NCBI GenBank assembly: GCA_900767605.1
Contig: CAAFZT010000054.1
Span: 35-64,034, forward strand
Reading direction: 5' to 3'
DNA from: Bacilli bacterium
GTDB taxonomy: Bacteria; Bacillota_I; Bacilli_A; RFN20; CAG-826
DNA: 64,000 bases
In this document: in pieces, positions 1-8,546 of the stretch
Numbering within the stretch: the stretch's first letter is position 1
Layout: every line of letters starts with the position of its first letter
Made by a program: the position numbers and the translations under genes
The notes under the pieces: model-generated
What the model saw: the letters and a program-made list of their open reading frames with translations, nothing else
What the model was told of the DNA's origin: nothing
Database searches by the model: none

Positions 1-251
1 TGATATAGGCAGGAATCCTGGTTACACAAGATTCGCGATACTCTCCAAATTTATTTCAGGATATCGGTAAACCAATATCGTACTAATCATGGTGTTTTTT
101 ACGAAATAGACAAAGAATGGTACTTACGTTGATAATATATTGTCATTTTAAAGAAAGAATTATGACAAATTTCTCTTTTGTTACCCATAGAATTAATTTG
201 TCATTTTATAGTAAACTATTTTCCCTCTTAAACATGGGTCTCTAAAGTTAA

Positions 252-350
252 ATGGGGGACTTGAGCCAAAGTCGTCAAGTTAGGCGGGGACACCCAAAAG
301 GCGCTTTGCAGAGCGACACTTTCGCAAAGGACCGCACGTCGTCGCCCCAT
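252..350. ncRNA. candidate structured RNA element of unknown class
   Basis: GC-rich ~100-nt island in an AT-rich spacer. Closing helix 252-260/341-350 (9 bp, G344 bulged), hairpin 260-264/275-279, long hairpin 301-309/324-335 (3-nt bulge 330-332). Strand unresolved. No match to any riboswitch, tmRNA, RNase P or SRP consensus I can recall. Confidence 0.3.
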
Positions 351-472
351 GGAAAATGCAACCAGACTTGCTAATCTTTTTTTGTACAAAAAAGCAACAA
401 GGAGATTTCGATGTCGCCGTCGAAAAGCACCAAAGGAACAGGGGAGAAGAGGGACAAATAAAAAACTTCGGA

Positions 473-1819
473 CTACAAAGCCTCCCAATAACCGGAGCGG
501 TTATCGCCCATTCTTTTAATATATCCATTTTCCTTTAAACTTTTCGTGACACGCAAAACGGTGCTTCTAGACAATTGACATGCCGCTCCAATTTGTTCCA
601 ACGTAGCTTTTGGATTGCTTTTAATAACATCGAACACGGCCCGGTCTTTGCTAGGGATATTTTCTTGGCCTGATTCATCGATGAACCTGGCATTTTCGAT
701 GCGAACCATAAAAAATTCATCGTCGCTTTGGAAGGTAACATGGTTTTTACCATCATGAAATAACGCATTTGTTCTATTGGTGATATTGGCTAGACCTGAC
801 CCGCGTCGATTCATCAAATGCATGCGGTGAAATAAATCAGCAATAACAGGGTTCCTACGTTTGGATTCCATGACGGATTCCACCACATTGGGAACCATTT
901 TTCCAGAATACATTCCACCAGGGGAGGTGATTTCAATTCGATCGTTATAAATGTTCAGAACCACCTCTGCACCTACGACGTTATAGTCACGGTGGATAAT
1001 AGCGTTAACTAAGGCTTCTTTAATCGCCTCAGGGTCATATTCCCTTTCATAAATGGTTTCACCTTTTTCTTTACGCCACGACGTTTGGGTGTTGTCCTCA
1101 AAGAAAGCAAATGCCCGATCCAGTTGTATTAATAATGACCCACTAATCTCCGAGTCGGATAGAACCGTTTCTTCGCTGATTTTATTCGTGCCATTCCATC
1201 TCGTACAGAAGATGCGCGATTGTCGAACCCGGTTTTCATCCGCGAACAAAACCCCGGCCCTTGTTAATAAACCACGCTCCGCAAGACCAAACGAATCAAA
1301 GTCTTCTGGTTCAAATCGAAGTTTGGCTTTGGATAAATATTTTGACATCAAATAGGTAAAGGAATAATCCTCTTTTTTTTCATTCGTCAAAATAGCATCA
1401 TAGGTTTGACCAAGTCCTTTCAAAATTAGTTCATTTAACAGATAGGATGGAGCGGGGACGGATTGGTTTCCGGAACGAATATAGGCAATTTTATTGCCGT
1501 CGGAACTATAGTAGTAAGGGGTAAACTGCCCTCTAGCAATTTGGAGTTCGATAACAATGCAATTTTCTATTCCGTGAGGAATTAGCCGAAAAATGGGATT
1601 CGGTTCAATACGAGTTTTAATAAGATCGGTAATTTTCGTAATAACATCTTTGGGTTTTTGGATTCCAACAACGACATTTTCGTCTTTTATGCCAAAAAAT
1701 AAGGAACCGCCAACCCCATTGGCGAAGGCGGAAACGCTTTTTAGCCAACTTCTTGGTTTCCTTTCTTCCAGCTCTTCTTTGAAATCATAATCCGTGCATT
1801 CTTCTAACAATTTAATCAT
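473..1819 (-). CDS. AlbA_2 (Schlafen-like) domain / ATPase-like / C-terminal wHTH putative DNA-binding regulator ('RecG-like C-terminal domain' family)
   Basis: ORF track 473..1828. N-terminal KSVSAFANGVGGSLFFGI region typical of AlbA_2. Central NAIIHRDY ... RRNPVIADLFHRMHLMNRRGSGL typical of the HATPase_c_4-type domain. C-terminal HTH (LEQIGAACQLSRSTVLRVTKSLKENGYI). Start moved from GTG 1828 to ATG 1819, 5 nt behind GAGGTGG. Confidence 0.75.
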   Translation of the reverse strand: MIKLLEECTDYDFKEELEERKPRSWLKSVSAFANGVGGSLFFGIKDENVVVGIQKPKDVITKITDLIKTRIEPNPIFRLIPHGIENCIVIELQIARGQFTPYYYSSDGNKIAYIRSGNQSVPAPSYLLNELILKGLGQTYDAILTNEKKEDYSFTYLMSKYLSKAKLRFEPEDFDSFGLAERGLLTRAGVLFADENRVRQSRIFCTRWNGTNKISEETVLSDSEISGSLLIQLDRAFAFFEDNTQTSWRKEKGETIYEREYDPEAIKEALVNAIIHRDYNVVGAEVVLNIYNDRIEITSPGGMYSGKMVPNVVESVMESKRRNPVIADLFHRMHLMNRRGSGLANITNRTNALFHDGKNHVTFQSDDEFFMVRIENARFIDESGQENIPSKDRAVFDVIKSNPKATLEQIGAACQLSRSTVLRVTKSLKENGYIKRMGDNRSGYWEAL

Positions 1820-1877
1820 CCTATCCACCTCGTTTCCTTTTCTATTTTAGTACAAAAACTTAAAAATGAAACCATTT

Positions 1878-1909
1878 TGACACCAATGTGACACCATTCT
1901 GACACCAAT
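1878..1909 (-). repeat. three direct TGACACCAWT repeats at exact 11-bp phasing, upstream of the AlbA_2 gene
   Basis: Copies at 1878-1887, 1889-1898 and 1900-1909, lying 59-90 bp upstream of the ATG at 1819. Iteron/operator-like arrangement on one helical face. Confidence 0.45.
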
Positions 1910-1943
1910 CACTCTTAACCAAAGACCAGTTTTCGCCGCTAAA

Positions 1944-1980
1944 GGAAAATAGGGCGCGGGCAGCCGCAACCCTATTTTCC
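1944..1980 (-). terminator. stem-loop terminator downstream of the lipid kinase gene
   Basis: Perfect 11-bp arms GGAAAATAGGG (1944-1954) / CCCTATTTTCC (1970-1980), 17 nt after the stop at 1997. The U-tract is short. Confidence 0.55.
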
Positions 1981-1996
1981 AAGGAGGATATCCAAT

Positions 1997-2911
1997 CTAT
2001 TCGCAGCCCTCCGGAACCACGAAATTCAATGCCAACGGAAGCATTTTGATGTCGATTTTCGCTTCGCGGAATACCTCGCCGTCAATGGCATAGGCAACGG
2101 GCTTCGGCGATTCGATTTGCACGTGCGTGCACTTCTTATAAATCACCTGATCCACGAGCTTCGCATGGTTGATGTGCTCGCCTTTCCGGTAAATCTTCAT
2201 AAGGCTGGCGGCGGAGAAGCGCGACACCTTTTTAATCAAGCAAACATCAATGATGCCGTCATCGACCGCGCTCATTGGGGCGCATTTATAACCGCCGCCA
2301 TAGGTATGGCCGTTCGCCACGGCGATAAGGAGGCCTTTATCGTCGAAGATAACCTCATCGTCCACGGTGATTTTCATCATGGTCGACATCTTGAATAAAA
2401 GGGAAGAAACGGCGGCGAGGCTATAGGCCCCCTTCCCGCTCATTAAGGGCCATCGCTTGATGCGGTGCATTTTGAAGGTGACTTCCCCGTCAAATCCGAA
2501 ATTGAAGATATTGATAGACACCTTGTCATTGCATTGGAGCAAATCGATCTTCTTCGTCTTGCCGTGGATGAGTTTATCCAAATCCTTAAAGCATTCCGGG
2601 TCCTTGAAGTTTTTGATGAAGTCATTGCCAGACCCCGAGGGGAAGCAGGCCACTTCTGCATTTTCATAACAGTAGGCTCCATTGACGACGTCATGAAGGG
2701 AACCATCGCCTCCGATGGCATAGAAGCGATAGGTTTCTTCTTTGGGATGAGAGGCGAGGTAGTTTTTGACATACTCCCTCCCATCCCCTTTGCAGGTGGT
2801 TTTGTAGATTTCGTAATCGATAAGGCCGTCGTAGGGCTTTAAAAGGGTGCAAATCTCGCTATATCGGTCCCTTTTTCCCGCGTTTGGATTGACGACAAAG
2901 ATGTGTTTCAT
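1997..2911 (-). CDS. diacylglycerol kinase-family lipid kinase (YegS/BmrU/DgkB type)
   Basis: 304 aa. N-terminal MKHIFVVNPNAGKRD and GGDGSLHDVVNG motifs of the DAGK catalytic domain. The start lies 4 nt downstream of the preceding gene's stop. Confidence 0.85.
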   Translation of the reverse strand: MKHIFVVNPNAGKRDRYSEICTLLKPYDGLIDYEIYKTTCKGDGREYVKNYLASHPKEETYRFYAIGGDGSLHDVVNGAYCYENAEVACFPSGSGNDFIKNFKDPECFKDLDKLIHGKTKKIDLLQCNDKVSINIFNFGFDGEVTFKMHRIKRWPLMSGKGAYSLAAVSSLLFKMSTMMKITVDDEVIFDDKGLLIAVANGHTYGGGYKCAPMSAVDDGIIDVCLIKKVSRFSAASLMKIYRKGEHINHAKLVDQVIYKKCTHVQIESPKPVAYAIDGEVFREAKIDIKMLPLALNFVVPEGCE

Positions 2912-2915
2912 GAAT

Positions 2916-4679
2916 TCACTTTGCGTCCTTATGGAGAAAATCGATCTTTTGATCTTTGCTAATCTTCTCCTCTTCCTTCAAATCAAGGCCCAATGTTCCG
3001 CCTGGATTCATGAGATATTCGGGGTCGAAATGGTTTTTCAAGACTTTGAAGATTTCGAATTCCTTCGTGCCCAAGGATCCTTCTAACCATGGAGCGAAGG
3101 CTTTGCCGATGCCATGGTGATGGGACATCGCCGCACCCGATTTTTGAATCGCGTCCAAAATGCCATCCTGGTAATTCTTGTATTCGTTCAAATCCGTCAT
3201 GCGGGCAATGAAGATGAAATAGAGGTTCGCCCCTTGGGGATAAGCATGAGACATGTGGGTCATGCAGATCGTATTCGGCCTAGATTTGCAGAAGGCGCGG
3301 ACATCGCGATGGACTTGGGACATGTTGGACCAATTGACGCTGCACTCCAACGTATCGGTCATGATGCCAAAATCCTGCATGGAGTCTCTAAGATACGGGT
3401 CGTTGAACCTTCCCTTTTCCCAGGATTTGGTCACGAATCCAGTTAAGCTCATGCCTTTAAAGCGTTTGGCAATGCGGTGGATGCATTTGCTGACGTTTTT
3501 GGCAAAGCCCTTCTCTCCATCGGAGAAGCCTAAGAACAAACACATCTCGTTTTCTTTGAATCCTTTGAGTTTAAATAACTTCATCAAAGGCGTTTCGTCG
3601 ATGCCATAGAGGCGAAGCATGATGGAGGTCTCTTCTGGGTCGCTTAAACGGAAAACGGAAGAATATCCCCCTTCGCATTGCATCATTTCCCTTGCGGCCT
3701 TTTGGGCGGTTTCCCAGTCCTTGAACATGAAGGAATAGCGTTTGCGGTTTTCCGGCATATAACGGAACACCCGCAAAGTAACCTCGGTTAAGATGCCGAA
3801 CGTCCCTTCGCTGCCCATCATGATTTGATTGATGCTAGGACCCGTGGCTTCTTTCGGGGCATGCGTGGTCACGATTTTGCCAACGGGGGTGATGTATTCC
3901 TGGGACAATACGATGTCTTCGATTTTGCCATAATAGGTGGAATTCTGGCCGGCTCCACGGGTAACGACCCACCCACCGACGGAAGAATATTCAAAACTCT
4001 GGGGGAAGTGCCCACAGGTGTAGGGTCTTTGGGCATGGAACAAACTCACCGCGTTATTGAGGGCTTCTTCTAGCTTAGGGCCCGACATTCCCGTTTGAAC
4101 GGTGATCGTTTGATCCACTTCGTTGAAACGGATGACTTTGTTGAAGCGGAGGCGCATATCAAACGAGACGCCGCCCTTCATGCATTCGACCCCGCGAGTA
4201 ACCGAGGATCCGCCGCCATAGACATACATCGGAATCTTATGCTCGACGCAGTAAGCAACGATTTTTTCGATTTGTTCCTTGTCGTCTGGATAAATAACGA
4301 CATCGGGGATGTTTTCGATTTTCTTTTCGCGAAGGCGGAGCAAGTCATACATGGTCTTGCCATAGGCAACGCTTAGTCTTGAATAATCATCGTCTTTGAC
4401 GAATTCTTTTCCGACCACTTCTTGGAAGAAGGCAATATCTTCGTCTTTAACGATTTTCTTGGCGATATCGAATTGAACCTCGTCTAGGCCCAAGTCCTCG
4501 CTATATTCTTTGAAATCGTCGTTTTTTAAGTTGAAGGTTTCTTTCAACATGCCAAATAAGGTTTCTTTCGGCGTTTTGATAAAGTTGGGGTCGCCCCATT
4601 TGAAAATGGAACGATAGGATTTTGGAGGGATTTCCCCTTTGTACCATTTCGGCTCGAATTCTTTGTAGGGTTTTGACAT
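2916..4679 (-). CDS. FAD-linked oxidase, alkyldihydroxyacetonephosphate synthase (AGPS)-like
   Basis: 587 aa. PCMH-type FAD-binding region (VVIYPDDKEQIEKIVAYCVEHKIPMYVYGGGSSVTRG). C-terminal FAD-oxidase domain with SHHHGIG (codons at 3114-3122) instead of the GEHGxG of GlcD/D-LDH enzymes. N-terminal FKWGDPNF segment reminiscent of the AGPS N-terminus. Confidence 0.8.
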   Translation of the reverse strand: MSKPYKEFEPKWYKGEIPPKSYRSIFKWGDPNFIKTPKETLFGMLKETFNLKNDDFKEYSEDLGLDEVQFDIAKKIVKDEDIAFFQEVVGKEFVKDDDYSRLSVAYGKTMYDLLRLREKKIENIPDVVIYPDDKEQIEKIVAYCVEHKIPMYVYGGGSSVTRGVECMKGGVSFDMRLRFNKVIRFNEVDQTITVQTGMSGPKLEEALNNAVSLFHAQRPYTCGHFPQSFEYSSVGGWVVTRGAGQNSTYYGKIEDIVLSQEYITPVGKIVTTHAPKEATGPSINQIMMGSEGTFGILTEVTLRVFRYMPENRKRYSFMFKDWETAQKAAREMMQCEGGYSSVFRLSDPEETSIMLRLYGIDETPLMKLFKLKGFKENEMCLFLGFSDGEKGFAKNVSKCIHRIAKRFKGMSLTGFVTKSWEKGRFNDPYLRDSMQDFGIMTDTLECSVNWSNMSQVHRDVRAFCKSRPNTICMTHMSHAYPQGANLYFIFIARMTDLNEYKNYQDGILDAIQKSGAAMSHHHGIGKAFAPWLEGSLGTKEFEIFKVLKNHFDPEYLMNPGGTLGLDLKEEEKISKDQKIDFLHKDAK

Positions 4680-4694
4680 CTTGATGCTTCCTTT

Positions 4695-5039
4695 CTATTT
4701 CATCGATGTTGTTGTTATTAAATCAATGCCGGTATTCAGCACATTGGGAATCACGACGCTATGGATTTCTAGTCTTTCGGTCACGACCACTTTTTTGAGT
4801 TCTTGGAGGAGATCAGGAATCAACTTCTTATCGATTTCCCCCGCGGTGCGAACGCTGACGACGGGGAATCCTTCTACGCTTGTCCTAACCGTAGAGCAAA
4901 CGCTTCGTTTGGGATGGTGGAATTCGTTATAGGCGTATTCCTTGCCCCGAGGGCAGCGGTTACCTTCGCAGGTGTCGTTGATCTCGTCATATACAAGATG
5001 GCATCCATTGGGGCAAACGATGCAAACATATTCTTTCAT
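4695..5039 (-). CDS. DUF1667 Cys-rich small subunit of the anaerobic-type glycerol-3-phosphate dehydrogenase trio
   Basis: 114 aa. MKEYVCIVCPNGCHL ... CEGNRCPRGKEYA cysteine pattern typical of DUF1667. Conserved neighbourhood with the two flavoproteins upstream. Confidence 0.75.
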   Translation of the reverse strand: MKEYVCIVCPNGCHLVYDEINDTCEGNRCPRGKEYAYNEFHHPKRSVCSTVRTSVEGFPVVSVRTAGEIDKKLIPDLLQELKKVVVTERLEIHSVVIPNVLNTGIDLITTTSMK

Positions 5040-5043
5040 GTTC

Positions 5044-6273
5044 TTAATCCTCCAAGACGAAACGGATTTCTCCGGGCTTTTTCACCGTTAATAGGATCTT
5101 TTCCATTTCTGGTGGTCGAAGATGGGAATATTTCCTCTTTAACAGGATCTCTTCCCCTTGTTTTACGATTAAGGTCTTGTTTTGATATTCGTCCCGAGAC
5201 CGGAAATAGAAGGTCATCTTCTCCGTCCCCTTCTCAAAGTCGATATAAGAGGGAACGACATACCCGAAATGGGAATCGAATTGAACGGCTTTTAAGTCCC
5301 GTTTTCTTTCGCCTGTGAGTTTAGCGGCGTCCATGGCCGCGATTTCCCCGCTTTCTGAAACGTAGTCCGCGAGGTCATTGACATGCATCGCGTTGCCACA
5401 GGAATAAACCCCGTCGATCAGAGTTTCAAGCGTTTGGTCAACGTCCGGTCCTTTGGTGAAACGATTTAGAGGAACCCTAATCTCTTTGGCCAGCTCGTTT
5501 TCGGGAATTAAGCCCACCGAGAGAATCAAGGAATCGCAAGGAATGATTTCTTCGCTCCCTTTGATGGGGTTCATTCTTTCATCCACCTTGCAAACCTCCA
5601 CCGCTTCGAGGCGATCTTTCCCAAATACGCGGGTTACGGTATAAGACAAATGGAGGGGGATATCAAAATCCGTCAGGCATTGGGCAATGTTGCGGCTCAA
5701 TCCGCTTGGGGTGGGTTTCACTTCATAGACCCCTTTGACGTGAGCCCCTTCCAAGGTTAATCTCCTTGCCATGATGAGTCCAATGTCTCCTGACCCCAGA
5801 ATCACCACTTCTTTGCAGGGCATTTTACCGAGGACATTGATATAAAATTGTGCTTGCCCCGCGGTCATGACCCCCGTTGGATTCGTGCCATGAATCGCGA
5901 TTTGTTTCCCGGTCCTTTCGCGGCATCCCGTCGCTAAGATGAGCTTCTTTGTAGCGACTTGGTTCACGCCAGTTTCATTCACGAAGGTCACAATGATTCC
6001 GTCTTTGCTTGTGATGTTAGTCACGAACGTATTCTTCAGCACGGTGACGTTCGTCTTCTTTAGCTTCTCAATTTCTTTATTCGCGTATTCGGGGCCAGAA
6101 AGTTTTTCTTTAAACCGGGTTACACCGAACCCATCATGGATGCATTGCTTTAAAATGCCACCGAGTTTTCCTTCTCTTTCAATAAGCAAAACCTTCGCGG
6201 ACTGGCTTGCTTTCACGGCCGAAGCAAGTCCACCAGGTCCGCCCCCGATTACAATGATGTCATAATGTTCCAT
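5044..6273 (-). CDS. NAD(P)/FAD-dependent pyridine nucleotide-disulfide-family oxidoreductase (second subunit of the G3P dehydrogenase trio)
   Basis: 409 aa. MEHYDIIVIGGGPGGLASA dinucleotide fold and a second Rossmann motif VVILGSGDIGLIMA. Confidence 0.85.
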   Translation of the reverse strand: MEHYDIIVIGGGPGGLASAVKASQSAKVLLIEREGKLGGILKQCIHDGFGVTRFKEKLSGPEYANKEIEKLKKTNVTVLKNTFVTNITSKDGIIVTFVNETGVNQVATKKLILATGCRERTGKQIAIHGTNPTGVMTAGQAQFYINVLGKMPCKEVVILGSGDIGLIMARRLTLEGAHVKGVYEVKPTPSGLSRNIAQCLTDFDIPLHLSYTVTRVFGKDRLEAVEVCKVDERMNPIKGSEEIIPCDSLILSVGLIPENELAKEIRVPLNRFTKGPDVDQTLETLIDGVYSCGNAMHVNDLADYVSESGEIAAMDAAKLTGERKRDLKAVQFDSHFGYVVPSYIDFEKGTEKMTFYFRSRDEYQNKTLIVKQGEEILLKRKYSHLRPPEMEKILLTVKKPGEIRFVLED

Positions 6274-6276
6274 CGT

Positions 6277-7977
6277 TTACTCCTTGCTTCCTCGATAAAT
6301 CAAGGTGTCCTCCCCTTTTTTATGGACTTCTTCCAAGGGGATATGGTTTTCTTGGGCGAATAGTTCCGCGACCATGGGTTGGCAGAACCCTCCCTGGCAA
6401 CGCCCCATACCTGCGCGAACTCTTCTTTTAATGCCATCTAGCGTGGATGGGCGGATGATGGAATGAATCGCATCGAGAATTTCGCCTTCACTGATTTCTT
6501 CGCACCGACAGACGATATGGCCGTATTTTGGATTGGATTTGATGAGGCAATCCCGTTCTTCTAACGGTAATTTTCTTGTGGGTGTAATGCCTTTTCGGAC
6601 GGGATTGAAATGTTCGTTCTTCGAAGCGCGGAGGTCTTCCGCGACAAAATGAGCAATCGCTTCTCCAATGGCAGGGGCCGCGGTAAGTCCGGGGGATTGA
6701 ATGCCTGCTGCATGGTAGATGTTCTTCGTCCATTTTCCCTTGGAGACAATGAAGTCTTCTTCATAAGTGGGGGCTCTTACGCCCGAGAAATAGGTAATGG
6801 TGTCGCTCTTTTTAAGATGGGGCATTGTTTTGGAATGCTTTTCAAACAAACGGTCCACCACTTTTTTATCTGTCGTGAAGTCTTCTTTGTCTGGGATTTC
6901 AATCGCATTGGGTCCAACCAAGGTATTGTCATCCACGGTTGGAATAATACCCCCGCCTTTGGAATTGGACGTGTGGCTCTTCTTTTTGATGGAGAAGATT
7001 TGAATGCCGGAATTGGATAGTTCAGGGCGAACGCTTTTATCCATCAAGACATCGGTCCCTTTTCGCGGGTGGATCGAGAAGAATTTGTCGTGAGCAAGCT
7101 CGGCGATGCCATCGCTAAAAACGCCGGCAGCATTCACAACGGCCTTGGGATAAATGGTTCCGCGGTTCGTGATGACCTTCTCAATGACATTATCCTTCAC
7201 AACCATATCCTGGACATAGGTATGGAAGCTCACTTCCGCTCCATTAATGACCGCGGATTCGGCTAGGCCAATCGTGAAGTTATAAGGGCAGATGCTTCCC
7301 GCGTGAGGGAAATAGACACCGAATTTTACTTCTTCAGATAGGTTGGGCTCTAATTCCAATAATTTCTTCCGGCCCAATAGTTTCCAATCCGTAATATGAT
7401 TTTGTTTGCATTTAAAGGTGAAATAGGTGCGGATTAAGGGGCGCAAGGCATTGGATTTAAAGCAAACGGTCTGACCGTCTTCGCGGTATTCCACGTCGAT
7501 TTCCTTGCAGAGTTCTGGAATCATTTTTTTCGCGCGGACTAAATATTTTAGTTTCTCGCTTCCTTTGTGGAGGTCTACGCCCACATGGATGCAGCCGTCG
7601 TTTCTTGAGGAGGCGCCCAAAGCTAAATCTTCGCCCTTTTCCACCAAAAGGACGCTGAGGTTATATCTTTTTAATTCACGGGCAATCGCAGCCCCGACCA
7701 CTCCCCCGCCAATCACGAGTACGTCCACCCTTTTATTGTCTAGACTCGTGTCCACCAAGGACGGCTTCACAACATTTGGGGTATACCCTTTTAAGCGGAT
7801 GTTATTCACCACATGGGAATAGAGCTTCGTCTTGCTGGCTTTTAAGCCGATGCCAACGATTTGTTCCCATGAAGACAATTCGCCATCCAAAAAGAGAATG
7901 TCTTCCCTCTCAGAAGGAGAAATGGAGGAGAGGCCTTCCTCCTTCAGAAGTTTTTTGATTTTCTCGAGTCTCTTCAT
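6277..7977 (-). CDS. FAD-dependent glycerol-3-phosphate dehydrogenase-like oxidoreductase with a C-terminal BFD-like [2Fe-2S] domain
   Basis: 566 aa. VDVLVIGGGVVGAAIAREL FAD fold after a ~90-aa N-terminal extension. C-terminal CRCEEISEGEILDAI ... GMGRCQGGFC BFD-like motif. Confidence 0.85.
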   Translation of the reverse strand: MKRLEKIKKLLKEEGLSSISPSEREDILFLDGELSSWEQIVGIGLKASKTKLYSHVVNNIRLKGYTPNVVKPSLVDTSLDNKRVDVLVIGGGVVGAAIARELKRYNLSVLLVEKGEDLALGASSRNDGCIHVGVDLHKGSEKLKYLVRAKKMIPELCKEIDVEYREDGQTVCFKSNALRPLIRTYFTFKCKQNHITDWKLLGRKKLLELEPNLSEEVKFGVYFPHAGSICPYNFTIGLAESAVINGAEVSFHTYVQDMVVKDNVIEKVITNRGTIYPKAVVNAAGVFSDGIAELAHDKFFSIHPRKGTDVLMDKSVRPELSNSGIQIFSIKKKSHTSNSKGGGIIPTVDDNTLVGPNAIEIPDKEDFTTDKKVVDRLFEKHSKTMPHLKKSDTITYFSGVRAPTYEEDFIVSKGKWTKNIYHAAGIQSPGLTAAPAIGEAIAHFVAEDLRASKNEHFNPVRKGITPTRKLPLEERDCLIKSNPKYGHIVCRCEEISEGEILDAIHSIIRPSTLDGIKRRVRAGMGRCQGGFCQPMVAELFAQENHIPLEEVHKKGEDTLIYRGSKE

Positions 7978-7978
7978 T

Positions 7979-8530
7979 TTATAACCCCATCAACATTTTC
8001 TTGATGCCTTCAATTTCTTCTTTTGTCTTGTTGCCTAAGACGGTTTTGACGATGAGGCCTTCGATAATTACGAGGATGATATTGGCAATCTCGCCGGGGT
8101 TGGGACGGTCCTTGTAGACTTCTTTAACCCCTTCTGCGATTTTTTCCTTCCATTCATCCCAGAAAGACAGAATCTTGTTTTTGATGTCGTCATTTCGTGT
8201 GGATTCATTCAACAAATAAATATGGATTTTGGAATGGTTATAAAGCTCCGTGCTTTTATAGAAGACAACGTCAAAGAACCGTCCAATTTCAAGGTGGTCC
8301 TTATGCTTCAAAAGCCAGGCATCATAATCCCGTTCAAGTTCCTTGAAATGCATTTCGACGATGGCCGAAACAATTTCGTCCTTGGTTTTGAAATGGTAAT
8401 AAAGGCTTCCCGTGGACATATCTAAATAATTGGCGATGTCCCTTAGTGAAAAGTTATTTACCCCTTTCGAAGCGATAAGTTCTTCTGCAGAACGAATAAT
8501 TCTCTCTTTTGCGTTGCTAATTTCTTCCAT
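7979..8530 (-). CDS. TetR/AcrR family transcriptional regulator
   Basis: 183 aa. N-terminal HTH (FSLRDIANYLDMSTGSLYYHFKTKDEI). First gene of the operon, 1 nt from the next CDS. Confidence 0.9.
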   Translation of the reverse strand: MEEISNAKERIIRSAEELIASKGVNNFSLRDIANYLDMSTGSLYYHFKTKDEIVSAIVEMHFKELERDYDAWLLKHKDHLEIGRFFDVVFYKSTELYNHSKIHIYLLNESTRNDDIKNKILSFWDEWKEKIAEGVKEVYKDRPNPGEIANIILVIIEGLIVKTVLGNKTKEEIEGIKKMLMGL

Positions 8531-8546
8531 ATATATGTTACTGAGT

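Noticed and set aside
252-350. Possible tmRNA, RNase P RNA, SRP RNA, tRNA-like, yybP (Mn), c-di-GMP-I or ydaO identity for the structured element
   Set aside because: Short resemblances exist (AAAGTCGTCAA as in a yybP example, CGCAAAGG as in GEMM-I, GGGGAC...ACCCAAA as in ydaO). But the flanking conserved cores of each family are absent. The element is left unclassified.
228-538. Three overlapping 60-86-aa ORFs across the left spacer
   Set aside because: They have no RBS and Arg/Cys/Phe-rich translations, and they overlap each other and the GC-rich structured element. The signal looks like RNA structure, not coding.
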